From: Geosiphon pyriformis uo1 | Taxonomy: Eukaryota; Fungi; Glomeromycota | Assembly: GCA_016748015.1 (NCBI GenBank) | Contig: JAAOMT010000269.1 | Location: 153,592-217,591 of the forward strand | Direction of reading: 5' to 3' | DNA: 64,000 bases | Shown here: positions 24,516 through 36,207 of the stretch, piece after piece | How positions within the stretch are numbered: position 1 is the first letter of the stretch | Layout of the letters: each line of letters begins with the position of its first letter | The notes under the pieces: generated by a model | Database searches by the model: none | Seen by the model: only the letters and a program-made list of their open reading frames with translations | Told to the model about the DNA's origin: nothing | Made by a program: the position numbers and the translations under genes

Positions 24516-26068
24516 CTAATCCAGAGAATTAATTTTCATGATTTGAAAAACTTCATATTCATCAAAAAAGAATTCTACCGGTTCATTTTCTGATCCAGGC
24601 ATTATAACTTGGTCATAAGATGGCTCCTTTAGACAACTGGATGAAAAAGATTCAAAATTACTACTCCAGGTTTCAATACTTTTGCCAAAATGGGGTCCGT
24701 AATTTTGATGACTCAAAGGTCTAAATCCGTTAGCCAATCCGCTTACAAATTTGCCAAGTTTAGCATCTTGAGCTTTGCCATCTCCAAGGGAAAAAATAAA
24801 ACTTCCATCTCCATTTAAACGTGCAATATAAGAATGCCAAGATTCTGGGCTATACCCACCAATTAGTTGACCAGTCCCTTTGACTTTGATTACAGTAACT
24901 GTTGCTCCTTTGTCATCACATAAACTATGAAAATCATTTGGTGAGAATCCGTCTCGACTGCCTCGAAGCAGTAATTTAAAATGATTTCCAAGTCGGTTTT
25001 GAAAAGGAGTGTTTTCGTCTTTGCCTTGAATCCAGTGATCAAGTTGCTTTACATTGTGTGGTTGAAGAAGCTTTGATTCAATATTCAATCGTGAAAAACG
25101 TGATGGCTGAGCATCAACAGATGTTTGATGATGATGATGATGATGAGGATGACTCCCCGGTACTAGATAATGGTGTAAAAGATCTTCATATAAGGTTCCA
25201 GGTAAAATTCTCGCAAACGGCTTAACTTTATAATAGAAATCAACTGAAGATATGTTAAAGAACTGGATTAAAGGTAGAAGTTCTTCAATAGATTCTTTAA
25301 AAGCTTCAAAGTTTTCATCTGTCCAATTAAGAACTTGTTCCAATTGAATGGGATTGCTTAATTTAGCGAGACCCCATTCTACAATCTTTCCCCAGATTTC
25401 ACTTTCTTCCATATTTAAGTGATCCAAGGATAAAATTGAGGAAAGAGCGTTTTTATTAAGGGAGGTAAAATCTTTAGAGTTAAAAACTGCAGCCGGATTC
25501 TTGACAGCTATTTCGGTGCAGAAGTTTTGAAGCTTTTTGAACGAATGATGCATCAAGGATCTTTCATGAACAGTGATAAAATTTTCTTCCAACTCTTTTG
25601 CATGGTATTCAATTAGATAATCTTCAAGGTGATCAATAAGTTGTTCTAGAACAAGCTCGTCAGCGACAATAAGCAATTCTAAGATTGTAAATACTCCGTG
25701 TTCATTAAGAGATATTTCACCAGTATAAATGTATCTAGATAATAAATTAAATTAAATTAAATTAATATTTTTGAATAGAATATATCAAGCAAACAAACAA
25801 AATACACTCACCGAAGAGTCACCTCAAAAATTTGGGTTGATATATTGGGTTTAGAAAAAACGATAATGTCATTTTCTCCTTTAACCCAATCACTGAAGAG
25901 TGCTTTAGCAAAATAAGAGGATCTTGCAGCCAAAATTTGTGAATGAACATTAAAAGTTCTAATATTAGGCACTTCACCAACAACAATTCTAACATCAGAA
26001 AATTTCAAACTATTGAATAAGCTCCCAATATCGTGAGATAAAGCCGAAAAGAATTGTTGAGGTGGCAT
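24516..26068 (-). CDS. BTB/POZ-BACK-TLDc domain protein (2 exons; intron 25735-25811)
   Basis: SDVRIVVGE...FNVHSQILAARSSYF; GT(GAGT)...TAG intron joins TLR|YIYTGEISL; BACK-like LNMEESEIWGKIVEW; TLDc FKLLLRGSRDGF...FHSLCDDKGATVTVIKV...IGGY...GPHFG...EYEVFQI. Frame intact after splicing. Confidence 0.92.
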
Positions 26069-26870
26069 TGATAAGATATAAGAAGTTTAAAAATAATATG
26101 TCGTAAAAAGAAAAGGTATTTAAATTTTATATATAACAATATTGGGTCCGGAAAGATTAGATAAAATGATAAACCCAGTGCAGAAAAATTGTCTATAATT
26201 GGTTTATCATTTATCATCATTTGAAAACTTTATGCAATATATCACGAGTTCAATTTCAAAGAAATTATCATGATGGATTAAATTGTGCATTTTAAGGATT
26301 CCTTTACCATATTCATCTACTTTAAAAAAGTTAATAGAAATCTAAACATAAAATGATAAAGATATTTCCGTTTTATTTTATATTATTGAAAAGACATATA
26401 TTGAATAGAAAATTGATTAATCAAAAAATTAATTTTTAATCATTTTAAAAAACACGAAATATTATAAGAAATAAATATTTTTTTGGATATATTAATAATA
26501 CTAAAAAATTGCATTATATAATATTTTTTTTCTAATTAATTTAAAAGCATAATATTTTTTCAAATACATGTATAATAAATATAAGCAAAGCTTTATTAAA
26601 TAGTGGATGAAAAAATTATATATTTAAAATATAAATACCTTAAAAATAGTAAAATAAATTTCCTATTGTATTTCTTGTTTTATTGAGAAATTCATTTTAA
26701 AGTTTTAAAATTATAAATCCTTGTTCAAAAAACATTATGAGTAAATTTTAATTTATGATATTTTACTTTTTTATTTTAAAACAAAATATGATAGAATATG
26801 ACAGGTTTTGTATCCTTGATAAAATAATGTCAAATTTTTTGGTAATCCAAATTTAAGGAGATTTATTTTA

Positions 26871-26871
<1 letters not shown>

Positions 26872-26908
<37 letters not shown>

Positions 26909-26912
26909 ATTA
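26872..26912. repeat. (ATT)n microsatellite
   Basis: Direct reading. Confidence 0.85.
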
Positions 26913-28086
26913 TTTTGAATTATCAATTCAAAAAAGGTTTTTCTCTCTTTATGATTTAAATTTTTTCTAAAGACAATTATACTAAATTCGTGAAAAATGG
27001 TTCAAATAAAAATATTTTATTAAATTTATTATAATGTAAAATGTTAAAAAAAGTATTTTATAAATATAAAATAAATATCTAGTTATTGGAATGAAAATAG
27101 ACATAAATGAAATTATTTTTTTTATTTATAATTAATAAATAGTGGAAATATTACATTCACTTAAGCAATAAAAATAAAAATAAAAATAAATTAAACCAAT
27201 GTTTTTATGATACAAATATTTCAACCATTAATTTTTTGAAAATTAATTATATTTAAATTATGAAAAATATATCATTTATATAATTATTTTTAATTGTTTA
27301 ACAGTTATTAATTAAATTATTTTTGAAAAGTCTAATTATGACAGTTTATTTTTGATTTTTCAGTTGTGAGGAATAATTAATTTTATTACTTGTTATTTTG
27401 GCAAGTTTATTATTTCACTATATTTTATTTTATTATATTCTATAGTGTATCTTACATTGATTTCATAAAAGACCAATATGTTATAAAATTTAATTATTTA
27501 ATTTATTATATATGTTTTTATAACCATTTGAAATTAAAGTTATTTATTAAGATGTTTTATTAAGTGATTTTTATTCATTAAGCATTTAACCACAATTTAT
27601 ATGAAAGAAATTTGAAAATTTTATGATTCAGAAATTGAACCACCAAGATTGAAAAGTCTCGTCAATTAATTTCAATTCATAAACAGAATATTTTTATTTT
27701 TCTATTCAAAGAAAAATTTAAATTAAATTTTGTTTTTTCTACATTGGTTGACAAAAGATATTTTCTTAATTGAAACTTGTCAATTTAAAAATGATGACAA
27801 TACTGGTTATTTAAAAAGATTTTTTTTTAATTGTTATGCAAATAAATTTTTGTATTTCAGGATTCTGATATGAGAAAAATTTTCAAAATGGAGAAGTAAA
27901 AAGCCTAATTTGTAACTTTCATTTTAACAAGAAACTGAGTCATATGAATTGTTTTTATTACTATGAAAAAATAACATAACTTTGTGTGTAATATCCTGAT
28001 TAGAGCCTTTATTTGGAAAGTTAGGCATTCAATCGTTACCCTCCAAAATTTATTCTATAAACCTTCAAGTTAGTAATAATCATCAT

Positions 28087-28087
<1 letters not shown>

Positions 28088-28127
<40 letters not shown>
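28088..28127. repeat. (AAT)n microsatellite
   Basis: Direct reading. Confidence 0.85.
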
Positions 28128-28130
<3 letters not shown>

Positions 28131-28528
28131 CAGGTATCTACTAATACTAAACATTTTTCTCTTTTTCCTTGTTCATAGTTCATGCAGGTGAAACATTTTA
28201 AATATTTAAATATGCAAATTTGTTTATCAGAGATTCAAGAGATTTGAATTGTCAAACAAATATTGATACTTTAATCAAAAACATTAAAAAGCATGCCCTT
28301 TATCAATGCGCAGAAATTGATTAACAAAAATAATGTTTTTTTAAATACTGGAATGTATATCCCTTAAATTTTTTTGGCAAAATAAAAACCATAAAAAATA
28401 TCGCACAAAAGAATCTTGACTTTATCAAATCTTTTTGTTCAAAAATAATTTCTTTTTTTGATAAAAACAAACTGCTTAAACAGTTTACAATTATGTGTAA
28501 TAAAAATACCTTTAGCAATTTCTTTTAC

Positions 28529-30033
28529 ATGATTTTTTTTATTCTTTTAACTTATTCTTTATATAATTCACAAATTTTAAGATCTGATCAAAGATTTTTA
28601 AATCATTCTTTGATACGAGATGACATGAATTCAACAAATATTTTTGATATTTCAAAAATAATTGGATTAAACAAGAAATCAAACTTGGGCATTTTAGAAC
28701 AACAGAATCATAGGCATACTTTTTTTGTAAAAAATTTGGTTGAGAATAAAAATCTTCTAAAAATGCTTGCCACCAAAGCAGATTTAGCCTGGACAGCACA
28801 TTGTTATTCTATTCAACAATATTCTTTGGAGGAATGTGAGAAATCAAAATTATTCCCTCAAAGTTTAACCTTTCCCGTGGTCTGATTTATTTAAAAACTT
28901 TAGCCGAAAAAAAACAAACCATTTTGGTTTTACCTTTTGTACATGATAAGTCAAAAGTTACATTTAGTTTCGCGAATATCAATATAAGAAGTTTTACAAC
29001 CTTAGCAACACAATTAAAAACGCATTTTCGACTTGTCAAATTTCCTGATGCAATTGGCGGTTGGGTCGCACTATCCTACTACCAAAAATGGTCAAATTCC
29101 GTTGAAAAACTCTTTTTCAAAACTCTTGATTTCTATATTAAATATTTGGAAACTTCAAATAAGAAACTCAATTATTCTGATTTTGCATTTACCGGATTCG
29201 GCGAGAGCAGTCGTAAGTTTTAACTGATCATTATCAAGAAATCCAAAAAAAAAGTCAAGAAACTAAATTTGATACTTCTTTCCAAATTAGCATATGCGGT
29301 TTTTGCTGCGCTTGAATTTGTAAAAAAATATAAACCAGAAAAAAGCCCAATCGTGGTTACTTTTGGCCAGCTGAAAATGGGAAATGATATTTTTGTTGCT
29401 TTTGCTCAACTTCAACTTCGGGTAATGTTCTCTTTTAAGTAAATGTTCAACTTAAACATCGGGTAATGTTCACTTTAAGCAAATTATTCATCCGTAAATT
29501 CCCCTTAAACATTCTCAATATTAAGATTTTTCGAGTCACGTACAAAGATGATTGGTCACCCAGTCTACCCTTCAACGGAATACGAACCTTTTCAAAATGG
29601 AGTGATGATATAGAAAGACCAGCCAATTCATTCCCTCTACTATATGAAGAATATAAACATTTTAAACCTGAATTCTGGATTGAAGGGGACAATTGTGAAT
29701 GTTCGGAAAATTCTTATCCCATTCTTTATAAATGTCTCAACTCTGTTTCATATGCTGAACATCCGGTATGAATTTTGAATTCGGAATATTTTAAAAATAA
29801 AAACTTGCAAATCCCATTCCCACAATTTTAATTCTTGAACCACTCTTTAGGAATGCAATGCTCGTAAACATGATCATAAAATGTCATCTGAACTTCTTAA
29901 AAATGGGAAAAGCGATGAGTTTCGGTATGGTCCATATTTTGGAAGAAACCTGAATAATTGTGAGAATATAAAAAGAGTTCCTATCATACAAGAAAAAAGG
30001 TCAAGGGGAAGGCCCCCCAGATATTTAACATAA
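28529..30033 (+). CDS. Secreted class-3 lipase-like protein, catalytically degenerate; one apparent frameshift near 28840-28880 (introns 29213-29290, 29422-29525, 29766-29850)
   Basis: Hydrophobic N-terminus MIFFILLTYSLYNSQ; LAWTAHC; FTGFGESSPYAVFAAL (GHSLGG position); VVTFGQLKMGN; IFRVTYKDDWSPSLP; YKHFKPEFWI; GPYFG. Three GT-AG introns restore the frame. Confidence 0.75.
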
Positions 30034-31869
30034 TACTTAAATATATATATTTAAGAAATCTAATATTCAAAAGTTTAAAATTCAGTTTGATAAATTCTAT
30101 ATTTTTTTCCCCAATAAATTATACCACATAAATTTCTTTTAAACAATCATTTATGAAAATAAATCCTTTTTCAAATGAAAAATATTTAATTGGTCATTTC
30201 AAATAAAAAATTTACAATTTGCAAAATAAGATTGCAAAATTACAAAATTTTGAATACTTTGTCATTTTACATTCTCAAAATTTTTATCTGTTGTAAGAAT
30301 CATTAATTCTAATCCAACGCATATCTATTAATCAAAAATATCGATAGATAAAAAAATTCAATTTCTCGAGATGAATAATTTGAAACCTCATTATAAAATA
30401 TAAAATATATTTAAATTTATTTTGTAGAATAAAGAAATTTTGGATTTAATGATACGATTAATAGAATTCACTTAAAGGAAAAAATTTAATATATTTAAAG
30501 CTTAAAATGTAATTTTAACCAAGATTTATTAATATTCAAGTTCCGAAATATGAATAAATGAATTCATGATTTTTTTATGTAAGAATAATAATTAAATAAT
30601 TACATTTTTTAAATAGTAAAATTCTTTTTATTTTAAATTTTTACCAATTTTGAAAGCTTAATTAAAAACAGCTTTTTTTCTTAAAATTTTGGCAAATAAA
30701 GAAAAAAACATTACTTAAAAATTAAATATCTAAAATTTAACATAAATAATTTAAAAAATGAAAAACTCAATTAATAAATTTTTGATCAAAAGAATTTTTT
30801 CACTTTGTTTCTTTCTATTGTTATGGTTGAAAAATCTTAATTATTATATATCATATGATTAGTTTTTATTTTTAAATAGTAGTTATTAACCTAGTTTTTA
30901 ATTTAATTATTGTTTTTTTTTTCTAACTATCTAAATAATGAATTCTTTAGCTGTAGAAAAACATTAAGCAATTAAATTTCAATATTTCAATTCCTTTTTC
31001 TTTTCGAATCTCTTATTTTTAAATATCTGATCATTTGTAATAAAAAATTACTTTTTACCATTTACATATTTAATTTGTTCTTTTGTCATGATTCTCAATA
31101 ATCTTTTTTTTTGCTATTTATTATTAACTCATAAAACTATATTTTAACCTACTTGGAAACTCGAAAATTTTATTTTTTGATTTACAAACCATTTTTCAGC
31201 TTAGTTTTTAATGAACTGTTTAAATGTATTTGTATCTTCTTTAATTGATATTTCATATTTAGTAAAGACAATTTCTTGTATACCTATATTAAATTACAAG
31301 AATATAAAATTTTAAATTATGTAAGACAAATTAAAGTTATAAAAATTATACTAATGTTCAGTTTTTTAAGACTTTTTCAAAAAAAGTTTGGCAATCGGCG
31401 AATTAATGTCATTTTTACCAATCTGTGAATCTTTGGATAAGAACGATTCAGCATTGTTTTCAGCAGTAGGATCGTTGCAAACGCGTTTACACCAAGCCAA
31501 TGAATACTATCACTGGAGTGCAATCTGACAAGAGCTTGAACAGATATACCATCAGGATATGAAATTCTGGAAATCTCGTAAAAAATGAAGGTTATTGAAA
31601 TAGCAAACCTACCGATTAGCATCAGCATTTCTTCAATTTGTGTTGGATTCTTTATAGATGATTAATTAGCTGTCAAAATTGGTTATTAAAAATAAATTAA
31701 TAAATACAAATTCATAATCAAAAATAACTATACATACCTGAACCCATGTATGACAAGCAATTATTCGTCTCCAATTATAATTGCAGCTTTGACAATTGTA
31801 GTTCGAACCCTTCCTCACAAACCTAGTGGTTTGTACGGGAAAAGAGAAGACTCCCACGTGGTGCTTGTG

Positions 31870-32625
31870 GTAAATTCCCAAGGACAGTTCCCATAGAATC
31901 ATTGTATATTTGGTTTTCAAATCGATCAAAGATCACGCAAGATTGTCAAGTTAGTGGAGCTCAAATTATAATTGACGAGAAATTAACAAACAATATTATT
32001 AGGATCACTTTCCAAGCATCGGCCATAGGTGATCCACAGAGTGTAGAGGTCCATATGGTAAGTTCGCAAGGACAGTTCCCATAGAAGCATTGTATATATT
32101 GGTTTTCAAATCGATCAAAGATCACGCAAGATTTTCAAGTTAGTGGAACTCAAATTATAATTGACGAGAAATTAACAAACAAAATTATTAGGATCACTTT
32201 CCAAGCATCGGCCATAGGTGATCCACAGAGTGTAGAGGTCCATATGGTAAGTTCGCAAGGACAGTTCCCATAGAAGCATTGTATATATTGGTTTTCAAAT
32301 CGATCAAAGATCACGCAAGATTTTCAAGTTAGTGGAACTCAAATTATAATTGACGAGAAATTAACAAACAAAATTATTAGGATCACTTTCCAAGCATCGG
32401 CCATAGGTGATCCACAGAGTGTAGAGGTCCATATGGTAAGTTCGCAAGGACAGTTCCCATAGAAGCATTGTATATATTGGTTTTCAAATCGATCAAAGAT
32501 CACGCAAGATTTTCAAGTTAGTGGAACTCAAATTATAATTGACGAGAAATTAACAAACAAAATTATTAGGATCACTTTCCAAGCATCGGCCATATGTAGT
32601 CCACAGAATGTGGAGGTCCATATGG
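31870..32625. repeat. Tandem array, 4 units of 188-189 bp
   Basis: CAAGGACAGTTCCCATAG recurs at 31879, 32067, 32256 and 32445; units are nearly identical. Confidence 0.97.
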
Positions 32626-33646
32626 GGTCCTGTCAGGTACTAAGGAGTCTCTCTCCAAGCATCGGCCATATGTAGTCCACAGAATGTGGAGATCCATATG
32701 GGGGTAGCATAACATCGAGTTATTCTGGTAAAGAGCGCGCTAGCATGGAATATAGCAAGTGCTTAAACGTCCTGTCAGGTGCTAAGGAGTCTCTTTCCAA
32801 GCATCGACCATATGTATTCCACAGTATGTGGAGGTCCATATGGGGGTAGGATAACATCAAGTTATTCTGGTAAAGAGCGCGCTAGCATGGAATATAGCAA
32901 GTGCTTAAACGTCCTGTCAGGTGCTAAGGAGTCTCTTTCCAAGCATCGACCATATGTAGCCCACAGAATGTGGAGGTCCATATGGGGGTAGGATAACATC
33001 AAGTTATTCTGGTAAAGAGCGCGCTAGCATGGAATATAGCAAGAGCTTAAACGTCCTGTCAGGTGCTAAGGAGTCTCTTTCCAAGCATCGACCATATGTA
33101 GCCCACAGAATGTGGAGGTCCATATGGGGGTAGGATAACATCAAGTTATTCTGGTAAAGAGCGCGCTAGCATGGAATATAGCAAGAGCTTAAACGTCCTG
33201 TCAGGTGCTAAGGAGTCTCTTTCCAAGCATCGACCATATGTAGTCCACAGTATGTGGAGGTCCATATGGGGGTAGGATAACATCAAGTTATTCTGGTAAA
33301 GAGCTCGCTAGCATGGAATACAGCAAGAGCTGAAACGTCCTGTCAGGTACTAAGGAGTCTCTTTCCAAGCATCGACCATATGTAGTCCACAGTATGTGGA
33401 GGTCCATATGGGGGTAGGATAACATCGAGTTATTCTGGTAAAGAGCTCGCTAGCATGGAATACAGCAAGAGCTTAAACGTCCTGTCAGGTGCTAAGGAGT
33501 CTCTTTCCAAGCATCGGCCATATGTAATCCACAGACTGTGGAGGTCTATAAGGGGTAGTATAACTGGTAAAGAACCAGCATAGGAATACAGCAAACGCTG
33601 AAACGTCCTGTCAGGTGCTAAGAAGTCTCTTACCAAGCATCGGCCA
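32626..33646. repeat. Tandem array of 142-bp units (6 regular intervals plus a diverged 126-bp last unit) sharing a hairpin core with the 189-bp array
   Basis: CCAAGCATCG recurs at 32655, 32797, 32939, 33081, 33223, 33365, 33507 and 33633. Confidence 0.97.
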
Positions 33647-36207
33647 AATTTTTGACCAAAAAAGGTCTTAATTTCTTAAAAGAATCTGAATGATAAAAGA
33701 TTTTCCTGAGAAAAATAAAGCCACATAGTTAAAAACTGATTTATATCAGATATAAGACTATGCTACCCCTCAGATATTAAGGTCGACAGTGGGTCTTTTT
33801 CATCTTGTATACGAAAAACAAGTACATATACCCGCAAAAGCTTAGAGGTTTCTTTCAAATAATAAAATTCGAAGGCTAAAGAACGAAAGTCCGTTATGTG
33901 GGATAAACCTCGATTCACAGTTTGGTTTACCTTTTATAAGATAAACTAAAATCAAGGTGACTCATCTGATAACAATAAAATCGTATCATCTGCGCTATAC
34001 TCATATACTCACGTGATCGTAGTTATTAGCGCGCGCTGTTAAGCACTGGGGGTATATCTTTTCGGGTCTTGAGTTTTTTAACGAAAGACATCTTTTTGAA
34101 GACCTCCGCAGTGGTTGGAAATTTTCTATTTACAACCTTCACAATCTCTTGTACAGTGGCCTATATAGAGCATATGGTTTGTCAAAGGCGTCGATTAACA
34201 AATTGGTGTCACTATGAAATTATAACCAAGATTATCTTAATGTTGAATATGACAGCAAAAGTATTTCATTACACAATAATCAACTTACTTTCATAAATTA
34301 TTCCAACCATCCGCATTTTCTGGATTTTAATTAATTTTTTTATTAACTTTATCAACATATCTCTCAAACTTTTAGGAATTTTGAGTCATTTTTTTAAAAA
34401 ATTTGGTGTTAACAGAATTGTTTCACATTTTTGCAGTTTTATTAACACCATACTTATTTTCATTTCTGATGTTTCATAATATCTAATCATTATAACAGCT
34501 AATTTTGTAATAATTATGTATTATATGCTATATATTTTTATAAAAAACAGTAAAATATTACAAATTTTTTTACTTGATAAATAAAAAAAACAACCAGTTA
34601 AAATTTTCCCAAAAAACCAATAAATTAACAAAATATAACACATAATTTTTATTACATAATTCTAATTTTTGTAGATTATTTAATTATAATATGCTATATA
34701 TAATAATTCTACTTATTTTTTGAATCTTGACCTTAATATAGTTCATGGTTTTTTTTCATCAACTTTAGTTAAATTGCAGATAATAGCTCTGGTTCTTATC
34801 TGCATTTTAGTAAAAAGTATGGTCTTGATTAACTTGAATAATTAGACTATGTTAAATGTATATATATTTGAATTTATTACTGCTGGCCCTAATTTTTATA
34901 ATAAATCTTAAATGAAACATCATCACATTAACAATACTCTTAAAAATAAAAATCTGTTAGTTCAGTAAAATAAAATAAAAAACTGTTGAAGAATTGAGAA
35001 CAATAATTATGTAAACATAATTGCTGGTACTTTAACAAATTCCAGTATTATTTTATTTTCTAATATTAAAAAATATTATTTGGTTATAAATAATTAGTCT
35101 ATTTCTGAAAATGCTTAATATTTTATAAAAAATTATACAATTTTGTAAATTATGTTAATTAGAAAGTCAAATGTTTATAGATGTATTTTTAACATGTAAA
35201 TTTAATTTATTATATATAATTATAGTTTAATATTTAGACAAACATATATATATTAAGTTATTTAAATTAATTTCTGTTATTTTTTACTCTTATTTTATAA
35301 AGATATTACATAAATAATTGTCAGCTACATTAAAAAAAATTGTATAATGTATTATATTTGAGTTTTATTTATATATAATATAATTTAGTAAAAAATTTCA
35401 ATTATATTTTTATATATGGTTCAGATTTTGTTGTTTAAAAAAATATTATTACTGCTATTATAGACAAATAATGTAATTTATTTAGTTTGTTAATCCTAAA
35501 TTCTATAGTTATTTATTTATTACATAAAATAAAGTTTAATTATTTAAAAAATTGGTTTTTAAAAGCTTTTAATATGTTTAAAAATAAGTTGAAAACTGTT
35601 ATAAAAATTGTTAATTTTGTATAAAGTGTTATAATTTAATATAAATCAGATATTTAGATTTCTAATATTATATTAAAACAATTTTATAAGAATAATATAA
35701 TACTTATTAATATTAATAATCTGTTATTTTATGATTTTAATAAGAATATTTTTAAGTTAATCTTTAATTATAATATTTTAACCAATTTTAACACTAATTT
35801 TTAGTATTTTTAGTATTTTTAAGCTTTTTATTATTTGTAATATTAATTTATAGTATTGTTTTAACTGGTTTAAATAATTAATTATATGTAAAAAATACAT
35901 AAATTATATTTATTTTAAAATTTTATGTAATTATATTATAATAAATAGTAGTTAAACTGAATTTATTAATTAATAAAAAATTATTTTAAAATTTAAATTA
36001 TTGTTTTTTAAATAATTATTTTAAATTTTTTAAATTTTGTAAAAATTAATCTTTAATAATATATTATTATTAAATATTAAATAATAAAAACTTCTTTTTC
36101 TCTTACCTCCAAAAATCCTCAAAAAAACGCATTTTCTGAAAAAGAAGTTTTTTATTTTTTTTTGTTAGTTTTCTTTCAACATTTCCTTAAACAATAACCT
36201 CTTCATT

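Noticed and set aside
31406-31603. Endobacterial (UGA=Trp) gene fragment
   Set aside because: Read-through of TGA gives only about 65 aa with no recognisable homology; insufficient evidence.
33280-33350. Hammerhead or hairpin ribozyme in the 142-bp unit (CTGGTAA...stem...GAAAC...GTC)
   Set aside because: The core reads CUGGUAA rather than CUGANGA, GAAAC is present in only two units, and stem I does not pair. A CM search would be needed to revive it.
31902-33636. Repeat-encoded proteins (ORFs 31902..32084, 32779..32991, 33430..33636)
   Set aside because: Every frame hits stops within one or two units, 142 is not a multiple of 3, and there are no recognisable motifs.
31870-33646. CRISPR array (palindromic repeat plus spacers)
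   Set aside because: Spacers are repeated rather than unique and too long (about 90-140 bp), no cas genes are present, and the context is eukaryotic.
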